The position numbers and the translations under genes were made by a program. DNA of 64,000 nucleotides from contig JBBINR010000013.1 of assembly GCA_037443785.1 (NCBI GenBank), positions 9,525 through 73,524 of the forward strand, read 5' to 3'. This stretch comes from Ignavibacteriales bacterium. Its GTDB lineage: Bacteria; Bacteroidota; Ignavibacteria; UBA10030; UBA8401. Below are positions 38,883 to 48,543 of the stretch, piece after piece. Under the pieces are notes generated by a model. The model had not been told where the DNA came from and ran no database searches. It worked only from the letters and a program-made list of their open reading frames with translations. Position 1 is the first letter of the stretch; every line of letters starts with the position of its first letter.

Positions 38883-39781
38883 TAAAAGTTGACCGTAAAC
38901 TGAAGGGCAGGTTGTTCGTGAATTAGGCTAAGTGAAAGTTGAGTATTAACATCGCCGGGAGAAATGGTTTCATTGCTGTGCCGGGCAATTTGTTTACCAC
39001 ACACATATCCAAGCACACCGCCCACAAAAACATCAGACGCCCAATGAGCGTGCTCGATCAATCGGGTTAAACCGATCCCCGAAGCAATCGTGTATGCAAT
39101 CGGCGGGACAAGCGCATAATCACTATACTCTTCACTGATAACCGAAGCAATTGCAAATGCGGTTGTGGTATGTCCCGATGGAAATGCATCGAATTGCGCA
39201 GGGGTTTCAAAACCCTGCTTAAAAAATCCGGTCACCCAATGCCATTGACCTCCCGATTGATGTGAAAAGTGATATGCAGCGCTCGGCCGTTCACGGCTAA
39301 AAATAATTTTCCCAACTCTTGCCCAAACTCCAGATGTTATAAGCGCTTCGGTAATTAAAAGCGTTGTATGCTGTGCATGTGTGTCATTCCAAATAATGCT
39401 GTAGGCTCCAAAAACTCCTGTCGCAACAATTCCACGAAAGCCGCCAAAGTCTGTAAGCTGCGGACTGGTCCGATGGACAAATCGATAATGGCTGTCTAAT
39501 GGACTAAAAATATTATCAATCTTTTGATCCAGAGCAATAAGTGAAACGGTAACGACAACACCTCCTCCAAGCAACAATGCTTGGTCATTTGAAAGCTTGA
39601 ATGGCGCTTTGGCTTGCTCAATAAAACTACTACCCAAGTCCGTAAAGAAATTATATTCTTGAACTTGCAGTGGCTGTTCGTTTGCCGTTTTTAATATTTT
39701 AATAGTATCATTTTGAATATTTTGTGAAAAACATCCGGACGAAACTAGAATGAGCGCTATGACAACGGAGGCGAACTTCAT
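38882..39781 (-). CDS. PAP2 (type 2 phosphatidic acid phosphatase) family membrane phosphatase
   Basis: The ORF track extends to 39898; the probable real start is at 39781 (signal peptide MKFASVVIALILVSSGCFS). PAP2 motifs KIIFSRERP, PSGHTT and HWASD are present. Confidence 0.8.
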   Translation of the reverse strand: MKFASVVIALILVSSGCFSQNIQNDTIKILKTANEQPLQVQEYNFFTDLGSSFIEQAKAPFKLSNDQALLLGGGVVVTVSLIALDQKIDNIFSPLDSHYRFVHRTSPQLTDFGGFRGIVATGVFGAYSIIWNDTHAQHTTLLITEALITSGVWARVGKIIFSRERPSAAYHFSHQSGGQWHWVTGFFKQGFETPAQFDAFPSGHTTTAFAIASVISEEYSDYALVPPIAYTIASGIGLTRLIEHAHWASDVFVGGVLGYVCGKQIARHSNETISPGDVNTQLSLSLIHEQPALQFTVNF

Positions 39782-39782
39782 A

Positions 39783-40781
39783 TTACAAAAGCCACTCCAA
39801 AGAAATTCCCGGGGTGTAACCATGCAAGAGCGTAAGATGTGCGTCCGGATGAAAGACTGAATTTGAGGAACCAAAGTGCTCTTGCTTTTGTCGCTCATTA
39901 ATCACCTTTGCAAATGAATAACCGATGGCAATTCCCAATGGATAATCGCTCATCCAATGAATTCCCTGACCGAGCATGGCAATACCGATACAACCAATGG
40001 CAGAATATCCGACATAAGGAATCCACGTTGCTTCCGGGTAATTATCCATGATAACAGTAAGCGTTGCTGTTGCCGTAGCCAGATGTCCTGTTGGAAATGC
40101 ATCATACTTCGGGACGTGTTTCACGTAATCAATCTGATTGGGAAATAATCTCCACTTTCCGCTCCACGATGTAGCCAGTATCGGCGTTTCTCTGCCCGTA
40201 AGATGTTTGAGAAGTTGAATGACCGCACCGCAAGTTAAAATAACTTCAACTGTTTGTGATGCGGTTTGCAATGATTTATTGTTATCCGCTGCAAATCCGT
40301 GGATAGCAAAAGCACCGGCGATCCCAAATTGAAACCATCCTTGCCCCATAAATTCTGCCCGATCAGAAAGTTTTCGGAATGTATAATTCTGTTCGTAGAG
40401 TTTTCGTGCCGGTACATACATTTCGTGATCGTAGATAACAAGAAGTGTTGTCAATGCTGTTATTCCTGCATACAAAGGAAGCCGCTCTGCTCGAAATTCT
40501 CGCTGATACCATCCGGCCCATGTTCCCGGCATATTGGTAAAAGGATCTTTCCAACTCAGCGCAGTTTCCAACTGAAAAGAGCGTTGAAAGATTTGTGCTG
40601 AGGAGTCTTGGTTCCCCGCCAAAAAAGCAAAAGGCAATCCTGATGTATTTCCAAAATCCTTATTTTGGGAAAACACAACGGAGGAAAACAAAAAATATAT
40701 GGTCGATATTTTTAGGAAGGTATTCACATCCAAGATTGTTAAAATATTATTCCAACATCTCTGACTCCGAAAAATTCTCAT
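39783..40781 (-). CDS. PAP2 family membrane phosphatase (paralog)
   Basis: 332 aa; LTGRETP, PTGHLATA and HWMSDYPLG motifs. It lies directly upstream of the other PAP2 gene. Confidence 0.8.
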   Translation of the reverse strand: MRIFRSQRCWNNILTILDVNTFLKISTIYFLFSSVVFSQNKDFGNTSGLPFAFLAGNQDSSAQIFQRSFQLETALSWKDPFTNMPGTWAGWYQREFRAERLPLYAGITALTTLLVIYDHEMYVPARKLYEQNYTFRKLSDRAEFMGQGWFQFGIAGAFAIHGFAADNNKSLQTASQTVEVILTCGAVIQLLKHLTGRETPILATSWSGKWRLFPNQIDYVKHVPKYDAFPTGHLATATATLTVIMDNYPEATWIPYVGYSAIGCIGIAMLGQGIHWMSDYPLGIAIGYSFAKVINERQKQEHFGSSNSVFHPDAHLTLLHGYTPGISLEWLL

Positions 40782-41328
40782 TCACTATTTTAACTGCTTC
40801 GAGGTAGCGGTTTGAAGGAACGAAAATTTTAATCGGATATTTGAAGATCGTTCGGCCAAGCGCATTGTCGATGAATCCATCGGCAATTGTAGCGATATTA
40901 CCGGTATTTCTTCTGTTGGTAGTAATACCGGCACTTTCCAATTTTCCACGAATAATTTCCGCTTCCATATAGTCGGAAGATTTCACCACAAGTGCCCAGC
41001 CCTCGGAGACTTCCACGGAGGCATGAGCAGTACAAAGAAATCTGTTGTTCTTTTCCGTCAAGCATTGATCGCAAAATAATTGATGGCAAATAACACAAAC
41101 GCCAGTAGCGATTCCTGTCGGATGATTAGTACAGGAGTATTGATCTTCGGCAAATAATGTTCCGCACTGCGGGCAGTAATCGGAATCCAGATCAACTTCA
41201 CCACCGCAATGATCGCATTCATCCATCGGCCTCGATTCCGGCAGCGTATTCGCCAAAAGCACGTTACAATCGGCACAGAAGACCGCATCATCGGTATATT
41301 CAGTTTTACATTCCGGACAGTATTTCAT
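40747..41328 (-). CDS. double zinc-ribbon protein with C-terminal DUF2007-like (PII-like, putative signal-transducing) domain
   Basis: 193 aa. There are four CxxC pairs (CPECKT, CADCN, CDHCGG, CPQCGT) and a further run CTNHP...CVIC...CDQC. The C-terminal ALVVKSSDYMEAEIIRGKLESAGI resembles DUF2007. Confidence 0.6.
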   Translation of the reverse strand: MKYCPECKTEYTDDAVFCADCNVLLANTLPESRPMDECDHCGGEVDLDSDYCPQCGTLFAEDQYSCTNHPTGIATGVCVICHQLFCDQCLTEKNNRFLCTAHASVEVSEGWALVVKSSDYMEAEIIRGKLESAGITTNRRNTGNIATIADGFIDNALGRTIFKYPIKIFVPSNRYLEAVKIVNENFSESEMLE

Positions 41329-41387
41329 TACCGCCTCCTTTTTCCGCTTCGATAAAAAAAAAGTGATGATATCTGTGCGGTGATTTA

Positions 41388-42482
41388 TTAGACGTTAAAT
41401 CTAAAGTGACAAATATCCCCGTCATGCATTATGTATTCACGCCCTTCGACATGAAGCAAACCAGCTTCTTTTACCGCAGCTTCGGTTTTTAATCGAAACA
41501 AATCTTCACACTTCATAATTTCAGCCCGGATGAAGCCTTTTTCAAAATCTGTGTGGATTACACCTGCAGCTTCCGGAGCCATTGCACCTTTGCGGAGTGT
41601 CCAAGCATGAACTTCCTTCGGTCCCGCAGTAAAGAATGTTATCAAGTGCAACAAGTCCATTCCTTCACGGATAACTTTTTGCAAACCCGATTCCTTCAAT
41701 CCAAGTCCCTCTAAAAAGCCCGCTCGATCTTCTTGCGGAAGTTCGGCAACTTCGGCTTCAACTGCCGCGCTTACGACAACAACTTTTGCACCTTCCTTTG
41801 CGGCAATTTCTTTCACTTGTTCTACATATTGATTTCCCGAAGAGATTTCTTTTTCATGAACATTGCATACGTACATCACCGGTTTATTGGTGAGAAGGTG
41901 CATGTCACGAAGCCATAATTTTTCTTCTTCATTGTGCGCTTCTACATATCGAGCCAAACGACCGGTCAGCAAATGATTTTTTAATTTCAAACAAAAATCA
42001 GCCTCAGGTTTTACCTTTTTATCATTCTTTGCGCGATGCTCGGAATCCCGTACTTTCTTTTCTACCGTGTCGAGATCTTTCAGTATCAATTCTGTTTCAA
42101 TAACTTCAATATCTCGCTTCGGATTAACACTGCCGTCAACATGTACAACATTCGGGTCATCAAAGCACCGGACAACATGGGCAATGGCGTCAACATCACG
42201 AATGTGGGACAAGAACTGATTACCGAGCCCTTCTCCTTTACTTGCCCCTTTCACAAGTCCGGCAATATCAACAAACTCAATTGAAGAAGGAAGAATCTTT
42301 TGTGAACCATAAATTTGTACAAGTTTATCAATTCGATCATCTGCAACAAAAACAACACCGACATTCGGCTCAATCGTACAAAAAGGATAGTTTGCAGCTT
42401 CGGCACCTGCCGCAGTGATTGCATTAAAGAGCGTTGATTTACCTACATTTGGAAGTCCTACAATACCGACATTAAAACCCAT
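41388..42482 (-). CDS. ychF: ribosome-binding ATPase YchF (Obg-family GTPase)
   Basis: 364 aa; [17 protein letters not shown]1 motif and TGS C-terminal domain. Confidence 0.92.
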   Translation of the reverse strand: MGFNVGIVGLPNVGKSTLFNAITAAGAEAANYPFCTIEPNVGVVFVADDRIDKLVQIYGSQKILPSSIEFVDIAGLVKGASKGEGLGNQFLSHIRDVDAIAHVVRCFDDPNVVHVDGSVNPKRDIEVIETELILKDLDTVEKKVRDSEHRAKNDKKVKPEADFCLKLKNHLLTGRLARYVEAHNEEEKLWLRDMHLLTNKPVMYVCNVHEKEISSGNQYVEQVKEIAAKEGAKVVVVSAAVEAEVAELPQEDRAGFLEGLGLKESGLQKVIREGMDLLHLITFFTAGPKEVHAWTLRKGAMAPEAAGVIHTDFEKGFIRAEIMKCEDLFRLKTEAAVKEAGLLHVEGREYIMHDGDICHFRFNV

Positions 42483-42721
42483 TTTTCAATTACCAATTAA
42501 CTCCGCCAGAAGCGGATGCACCTTGCGTGCAAATGAACAATTACCAAATTTCATTTTGGAGTGAATTACACTTGAAGATACGGAAAATTGCTTTGATGAC
42601 CAAAAAAGTAACCGTGATTTTTCACATTGCCGAAATGGTTTTTTCAATCTATATTAACCACATCTATGCCGCCACTCCCCATTATTAATTTGGCTGCATA
42701 ACAACAAATACAGGAGCTTTC

Positions 42722-44098
42722 ATGAAAAAACATTTTGTCGTTATTCTTTTACTTGCCGCAACGGTGCTTACAGCGCAAGAAAAAGTTCAAGCTATCCATG
42801 GGGGAACAGCTCGGACTGCAGCACTCGGCGGCGGGCCAAATAATCCGTACATAAAAGATTATACGGATGTGTTTACCAATCCGGCATACGCCTTAACCTA
42901 CAGCGATTTTTTATACAGTGATATCGGATATGCATTTGCAGCGTATTCAGCGTCCGGTCAATATATTGGCTATACATTGGGCCTCAATAATCTTGCAGTT
43001 GGAATTGCCATCGGCAAAAGAGAGGGACCCATGTTTGCAGAACAATCTTTGCTCCCAGGCTCATTTTATGGCTCTTCCGATAATATGACAGCAGATGCAC
43101 AAGCGAATACATTGCCAGGAAGTATAATTCGCGAACCTCGTTCACCGATTCAATTGTATGGTGCGTTTAAACTCGGCGCAATGACAATCGGAGCTTCGAT
43201 CTATCGTTCCGGCTGGAGCCAAGTAAATGATGGAACCGGCTTAGGTCTTACAACAAAACAAAAGTTAGATGCCGGACAAGGACAAACTGGTATAAAAGCG
43301 GGTGTGTTAATAGAATTAAGCCAGCAAATTACTATCGACGGCGCAGTGATGTTCAGAAATAATTCTTCAACAATTGAACTTACTGACTCAGACACTGCCG
43401 CACACACCATCGCAAACCCAAGTTCACAAAAATATGATGCATCCGGAAGTGAATTTGCAGTCAATGCAAGAGCGATAGTGAAGTTGAGTGATAAACTTGA
43501 AGTCGTACCGCAAGCCCGTTTTGCTACATTCGGCTATCAACCTGAATTTTCCCAAAACCCTTCCGTCCCTGCTCCCGCAAACACCAAACCGAATGATTAC
43601 GGAAGAAGTGAATTTGAAGTTGGTGTTGGTATTAATTCAAAATTTACCGGCGGGATGGTAACGTTCGGATTGAGTATTCAAAGCATTTCATTGAAAAACG
43701 ATGTCACTACTCTTTCCGGTACAACATTCCAGACAACAAAAAATACCGCTTCGTGGCTCGATCTTCCAAAAATTAATGTTGGAGCGGAATATCAAGTTGC
43801 CAGTTGGTTGACCGGCCGCCTTGGCTATTTTAATCGTCTATCGTCCATGTCAACGAAAACTGAACCGCCATCTCCAGCAACAACAACCGAAGTAACAATC
43901 GGTCAAGAAAATGGTTATACGCCGAACTTTGGATTGAACTCTGCGAGCCAGCAGCTTTCGCTCGGTCTGGGCATTTCAATTGATCGAGTTGCAATCGACG
44001 GATATATGGGTGAAAGATTTTTAGCCGCAGGTCCATACATTCTGAGTGGAAATGGTCAGGACATGTTTTGTATCATGTCCATGAGTGTTAAATTTTAA
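42722..44098 (+). CDS. hypothetical outer-membrane beta-barrel protein (FadL/PorV-like topology)
   Basis: 458 aa; signal peptide, abundant amphipathic beta-strands, terminal residue F. Confidence 0.55.
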   Translation: MKKHFVVILLLAATVLTAQEKVQAIHGGTARTAALGGGPNNPYIKDYTDVFTNPAYALTYSDFLYSDIGYAFAAYSASGQYIGYTLGLNNLAVGIAIGKREGPMFAEQSLLPGSFYGSSDNMTADAQANTLPGSIIREPRSPIQLYGAFKLGAMTIGASIYRSGWSQVNDGTGLGLTTKQKLDAGQGQTGIKAGVLIELSQQITIDGAVMFRNNSSTIELTDSDTAAHTIANPSSQKYDASGSEFAVNARAIVKLSDKLEVVPQARFATFGYQPEFSQNPSVPAPANTKPNDYGRSEFEVGVGINSKFTGGMVTFGLSIQSISLKNDVTTLSGTTFQTTKNTASWLDLPKINVGAEYQVASWLTGRLGYFNRLSSMSTKTEPPSPATTTEVTIGQENGYTPNFGLNSASQQLSLGLGISIDRVAIDGYMGERFLAAGPYILSGNGQDMFCIMSMSVKF

Positions 44099-44111
44099 GA
44101 ATACAACGATT

Positions 44112-44144
44112 AACGGCGCTCAGATTTGAGCGCCGTTTTTTTTT
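44112..44144 (+). terminator. rho-independent terminator
   Basis: aacggcgctc-agattt-gagcgccgtt followed by a T9 run. Confidence 0.75.
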
Positions 44145-44289
44145 GAATGGACAGAGAAGGCTGCTCTAAATTGTTTAATGCGGAGACCGATAGAGCGGCA
44201 GAGGTACAATTATCAAAAACAAAAATACTGGTTCAGTATTTCAGATCGTTGGCTTCAACAAGCCATACAAAGACAGAAAAGGATTTTCG

Positions 44290-44919
44290 ATGAAAAAAGT
44301 TTTTGGAGTTATATACAACGCGTTATTTTTCAACTCAACCCGGTATTGGAAGATCCGATATAAGAAAGGGGGAGATTCCGGCGCAGGTTCGTACGGAAGA
44401 ATGGCACAATTTAAGGCTGATGTCATTAATGAACTTGTAGAGAAGAACAATATAAAAACAATCGTTGAACTTGGATGCGGAGATGGAAGCCAGCTTACGC
44501 ATGCCCGTTATCCATCATACGTAGGGTACGATATTTCTCCGGTTGTCGTCGAAAAGTGTAGAAATATTTTTTCCAATGATCAATCAAAAACATTTACAAA
44601 CCACGTTCCGCAGCAAACGTTCGATTTATCGATGTCGATCGATGTCATCTATCACCTGACCGAAGACAAAATCTTTGACCGATACATGACTGATTTATTT
44701 AATCTATCGCAGCACTATATCCTTATCTTTTCAACAAATTACACTATCAAAAGTTTTGCGAAGCACTTGAAGCATAGAAAATTTACCGATTGGGTTGAGC
44801 ACAATAGGCCTGAATGGAAATTAGTTCAAACTGTATTGAATAAATATCCTTATAACCCAAATGATTTGGATACGACTTCTGATGCAAACTTTTATTTATA
44901 TGAAAAAAAATCTGCGTAG
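44290..44919 (+). CDS. class I SAM-dependent methyltransferase
   Basis: 209 aa; motif I VELGCGDGSQ. It lies at the edge of the AT-rich island. Confidence 0.7.
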   Translation: MKKVFGVIYNALFFNSTRYWKIRYKKGGDSGAGSYGRMAQFKADVINELVEKNNIKTIVELGCGDGSQLTHARYPSYVGYDISPVVVEKCRNIFSNDQSKTFTNHVPQQTFDLSMSIDVIYHLTEDKIFDRYMTDLFNLSQHYILIFSTNYTIKSFAKHLKHRKFTDWVEHNRPEWKLVQTVLNKYPYNPNDLDTTSDANFYLYEKKSA

Positions 44920-45177
44920 AGACTGGATTTTTATTCTTCCTCACAGGATAATCTTTAATATATAATAGCTCTCAAAAAAATATTTTGATATGGGCCAATA
45001 ATTTGGTGATTATATAGTTTACAAACCGTTGAAACTTACCTAAAACTGACCTACCTTTAGCAAAAGCACACCGCCTTAGATGTGCAACGCAAAGAATTTA
45101 ATCCTTCTCGTTCCCTGCAATGACAGGGAGGGTGAACGCATGTTCATTCTAAGGCACGGGAAGGATTTTTTATTCCT

Positions 45178-45882
45178 ATGGACAAATTACAACAAACAGC
45201 AGATCAATTTAAGTCTAAATTACTAAGTGGGGGTCAGAGAAAGGGTTTTGCCACAATTATAAGGGGTGCAAAATCTCGCAAAGAAAGAGAAAAGCATATT
45301 GAAATGTTAAAAACTTGGAACGGTGCAGTTGAATATGAACGGCAAAAGTTAGAAAAGAAAATTTTATCCAGTAAAAATCCTGCCGTTTTAGATCTTCAAA
45401 AATCCAGCTTAAACAACATTTCGTCTTCATTGACAACTCTTGTAAATGGTGACCGCGAATTAAACTATTTAAATATTATTAGTTTAGAAATATTGTTTTA
45501 TAACATAAATAGATTGGTAAGTTATTGTGAGCACGCGAGCAGGATGAAAGGTTCTAATGACATGTACGCTTCGCTTATCGGTGTTATTGAAACACTAAAT
45601 CAGAAGTCAAAGATTAGCATTCAAGAACTTCAAGAAAAACTTAAAAAATTTGATAAAACAAAATATGATAAAGATGTTTTTAAAAGGGCTACCGCAAGAT
45701 ATAATAATGCCAGAGGATACGACAAACACTATGGAAGATGTCTTCTTACCGAGCTTAAATATAGTCGGGTTGATTTATCGAAAAATTTTGAAGAAAGCGA
45801 AGAGTTCATGGACTGGAATAATGCCTATAAAAAATATCGAAGCTCGCAATATCGGGTGAAATCGAATTCACCTAAGAAGTGA
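45178..45882 (+). CDS. hypothetical basic (Lys/Arg-rich) protein, no recognised domain
   Basis: 234 aa, visibly AT-rich coding sequence, predicted coiled-coil segments, no TM helix. Convergent with the DUF3800 gene. Confidence 0.5.
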   Translation: MDKLQQTADQFKSKLLSGGQRKGFATIIRGAKSRKEREKHIEMLKTWNGAVEYERQKLEKKILSSKNPAVLDLQKSSLNNISSSLTTLVNGDRELNYLNIISLEILFYNINRLVSYCEHASRMKGSNDMYASLIGVIETLNQKSKISIQELQEKLKKFDKTKYDKDVFKRATARYNNARGYDKHYGRCLLTELKYSRVDLSKNFEESEEFMDWNNAYKKYRSSQYRVKSNSPKK

Positions 45883-45896
45883 AATCGAATTCACTT
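45856..45896. repeat. two tandem copies of a 16-bp near-palindromic motif gtgaaatcgaattcac, 9 bp apart
   Basis: gggtgaaatcgaattcacctaagaagtgaaatcgaattcactttccc. The first copy overlaps the last codons and stop codon of the hypothetical gene. Confidence 0.6.
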
Positions 45897-46181
45897 TCCC
45901 AATGAGTTCGAGATTACCTTTAAAGAGAAATCGTTAGCTACTTTTTTACCCACCTTCTTTCTTTATTTTTGTATCAAGAGTTTAAAACAAAAAAACCCGC
46001 TCACGGTTTAATGGGTCGGGTTCAATTTGCTTCTAACCATGTGAAGGTAGCACTTCACAGCATGAGAAAGGAGTAATGATGTTTACCGCTTTCGCTGGTT
46101 TTTGTCACAAAGCCAGAGACTCATCATAAAATCTCCCGCTACGCGCGGGAGTCATATAAAAAATTTCTGAAAGAATAAAAA

Positions 46182-47117
46182 TTATCTTGAGTTCGCATGT
46201 GTTGAGACCGATGTCGTAGATGCTTTATGTGAAGCACATATCTTGCAAGGGCACGAGGAAGATGTGAAATGACGAACTCCGACAACTTTCCCATCTTTTT
46301 TATCGGCGATTTTAAATATTTCATTGAATAGATAGTCTTCATCATTATCTAAATATCTTCGTAAAGAATAACTACATACGTCAGCAATTTGAACCATACT
46401 TGTTAATTGAGAATCAACAAACAATGGTGTCTCAATAATATTTTGAATATCAGTCCATAGTGTACCTTTACGATGGAATGATTTCATTAATTCGGTGTGT
46501 TTTTTACATATTGTTTCATTATTGTCGTGTATTAATAATCCATATTGCTTGACATTTGTATTTTTGGTGAAGATTTTTAAATATTGTTCAAATCGAGACA
46601 CTAATTGTTCAAATGCTTGAACGTCAATTGTTGATGTTGCAATGGTAGGATTGAAATGTATTTTGTCAATACATTCGGCGAATAAACGACTAAAACCACC
46701 CCAAGAACCTATTAATTTTGCAATGTCTAAAATTAATTGTTTTCTCTCTTTATAAGAGAGATGAATATACGATTGTGTTTTTCGGTAATTCTTTTTTGTT
46801 TTATAATAAAGTTTTTGATTTTTCGACCCTTGTAATCGAAGCAATTCATTGTTCCGATACTTTTCAACCTCACGTCGCCGTGTTGCATAATCTAATTGAT
46901 CAAAATTATTAATTTTATTCTGCTCTAAATAAGCACGAATTATTTCACCCGTATGAATTTCTTCGGTTTGAAGATTGTATTTTTGCTTAATTGAATATAT
47001 ATCGTTTTCACATTGTTTCCATTTAGAGATTGGTATTGCAATACCAGCTAATACGAAATGTTTTGAATTTCCTGGGATTGAAGATGTGCCTGATTCGTCG
47101 ATATAGCAGAATATCAT
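46182..47117 (-). CDS. DUF3800 family protein
   Basis: 311 aa. The N-terminus MIFCYIDESGTSS...HFVLAGIAI, the HTGE motif and the C-terminal QIADVCSYSLRRY are the conserved DUF3800 signatures. Confidence 0.7.
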   Translation of the reverse strand: MIFCYIDESGTSSIPGNSKHFVLAGIAIPISKWKQCENDIYSIKQKYNLQTEEIHTGEIIRAYLEQNKINNFDQLDYATRRREVEKYRNNELLRLQGSKNQKLYYKTKKNYRKTQSYIHLSYKERKQLILDIAKLIGSWGGFSRLFAECIDKIHFNPTIATSTIDVQAFEQLVSRFEQYLKIFTKNTNVKQYGLLIHDNNETICKKHTELMKSFHRKGTLWTDIQNIIETPLFVDSQLTSMVQIADVCSYSLRRYLDNDEDYLFNEIFKIADKKDGKVVGVRHFTSSSCPCKICASHKASTTSVSTHANSR

Positions 47118-47439
47118 ATAGCCCCTATAAAAAAAAAGCGACTGGTTTTAGGGATTTAATCCCATAATTGAGACGCTTAGCGACTCTTACCAGACGCAAT
47201 TCAATTTTATTAAAAAATTGGTGCTATGTCAAGTGAAAATAGAACAATTTTTATATAAAATCTTACGGAATTTGATTGTTATTGGTTGCGATGTTTTTCC
47301 GCATGTTTTGATTCAGGCTTTTAAAAACACTTACTGTAAAAATTTACAGTTTTGTTCATTTCTTCTTCTTTGAAGGTACCTGCATTATTTTTCTCAACGC
47401 TTCTTTAACATCGTATGGAAATAAGGATATTGGTTTTTC

Positions 47440-48500
47440 ATTCGTTCTTTTTTTCTCTCCGTCTTCCTTTTGTAAGCGTTGAGTTTTATGAGTCCGCGTA
47501 TTTGAGTCTTTTACCTTCAAAGCCTGCCAATGCCTTTAATGTTCGTTCGTGATCGTCAATCTTCCTATTGTTGTATCTGAAATCAAATTCAGCAAGGTAT
47601 CTGTGTAAGTGTTCTTTGGAAACATGATGATACACACCGTTGATACCCCTTTTAAATATACTAAAAAATCCCTCAACGGTGTTAGTATAAACATTTCCGC
47701 GAACGTATTCATAGTGGCTATGTATTACCGTTTTATGAGAAGCAAAATCTTTTCCAATGTCTTTATACAAATGCAATTCATCGGTCATTAAGTTAGCCGT
47801 TGGATGAATGTTCTTTGTTAAGACTTCTCGCAAGTTTGTAGCGGAAACAGTAGGAACAACGAAAGAACGGACTTTACCGTCACGCTGAACCAAAGAAACA
47901 ACCGGGACTTTATTTTCTAATCCTGTAGCATTTCCCATTCTTCTACGTCGTCCGCCAACATAAGTCTCGTCAGCTTCTACCGTTCCTTTGAGTTTTCCGA
48001 AATGACCTTGCTCCATTGCATAGCGGACTCTGTGAGCCATGAACCACGCGGTCTTATAGGTTATACCTAATTGCCTATGCAGTTGATGTGCAGACATCCC
48101 TTTTTTAGAGGAACATAAAAGAGTAATCGCTTGTAACCATTGAGAAAGCGGAATGTGAGAATCTTCAAAGATAGTCCCAACTGTTACCGTGAATTGATTG
48201 CTTGTTTTATTCTTTCTGCAATCCTTACAACGGTATAAACCTTTACGGATTTTCTTTTCAGGATTAGCTTCTACCTTCACAACTTCGGTACTGCCACAAC
48301 GCGGGCAACATACATCGTCAGCCCAACGAATGCTTTCTAAAAGCTCTCTGGCTTGATCTTCTTTCCCAAAGTCTTTTGCAAGTCCTTTTAGGGTAAGAAC
48401 CTTTTCGTCTGTTGTTTTCTTCTTCATGGCATTATTCCTTTTTTAACTCACTTCAATATACAATTTTTCGAGTGGTTTGTCAAGTATATAATTGCCAATA
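47440..48500. mobile_element. IS1595-family insertion sequence (boundaries approximate)
   Basis: It contains a single IS1595-type transposase gene. The terminal inverted repeats could not be defined by eye. Confidence 0.55.
47486..48427 (-). CDS. IS1595 family transposase
   Basis: 313 aa; N-terminal zinc ribbon (CPRCGS...CKDCRK) followed by a DDE domain of the ISXO2/IS1595 type. Confidence 0.85.
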   Translation of the reverse strand: MKKKTTDEKVLTLKGLAKDFGKEDQARELLESIRWADDVCCPRCGSTEVVKVEANPEKKIRKGLYRCKDCRKNKTSNQFTVTVGTIFEDSHIPLSQWLQAITLLCSSKKGMSAHQLHRQLGITYKTAWFMAHRVRYAMEQGHFGKLKGTVEADETYVGGRRRRMGNATGLENKVPVVSLVQRDGKVRSFVVPTVSATNLREVLTKNIHPTANLMTDELHLYKDIGKDFASHKTVIHSHYEYVRGNVYTNTVEGFFSIFKRGINGVYHHVSKEHLHRYLAEFDFRYNNRKIDDHERTLKALAGFEGKRLKYADS

Positions 48501-48543
48501 ATTTCTCTTGCATAAATATTCATTGTCTTGTATATTTATGCAT

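Noticed and set aside
45960-46060. gggtcgggttcaatt resembles a tRNA T-arm (GGTTCGAATCC), suggesting a tRNA-derived att-site remnant at the island.
   Set aside because: No acceptor stem, anticodon arm or CCA context could be reconstructed around it; the resemblance is too short to support a tRNA or fragment call.
47227-48484. An 8-bp direct repeat tgtcaagt at 47227..47234 and 48477..48484, as possible IS1595 target-site duplications (IS1595-family elements do make 8-bp duplications).
   Set aside because: I could not find convincing terminal inverted repeats just inside these positions, and an 8-mer match between two ~150-bp flanks is expected by chance fairly often. The IS boundaries are left approximate.
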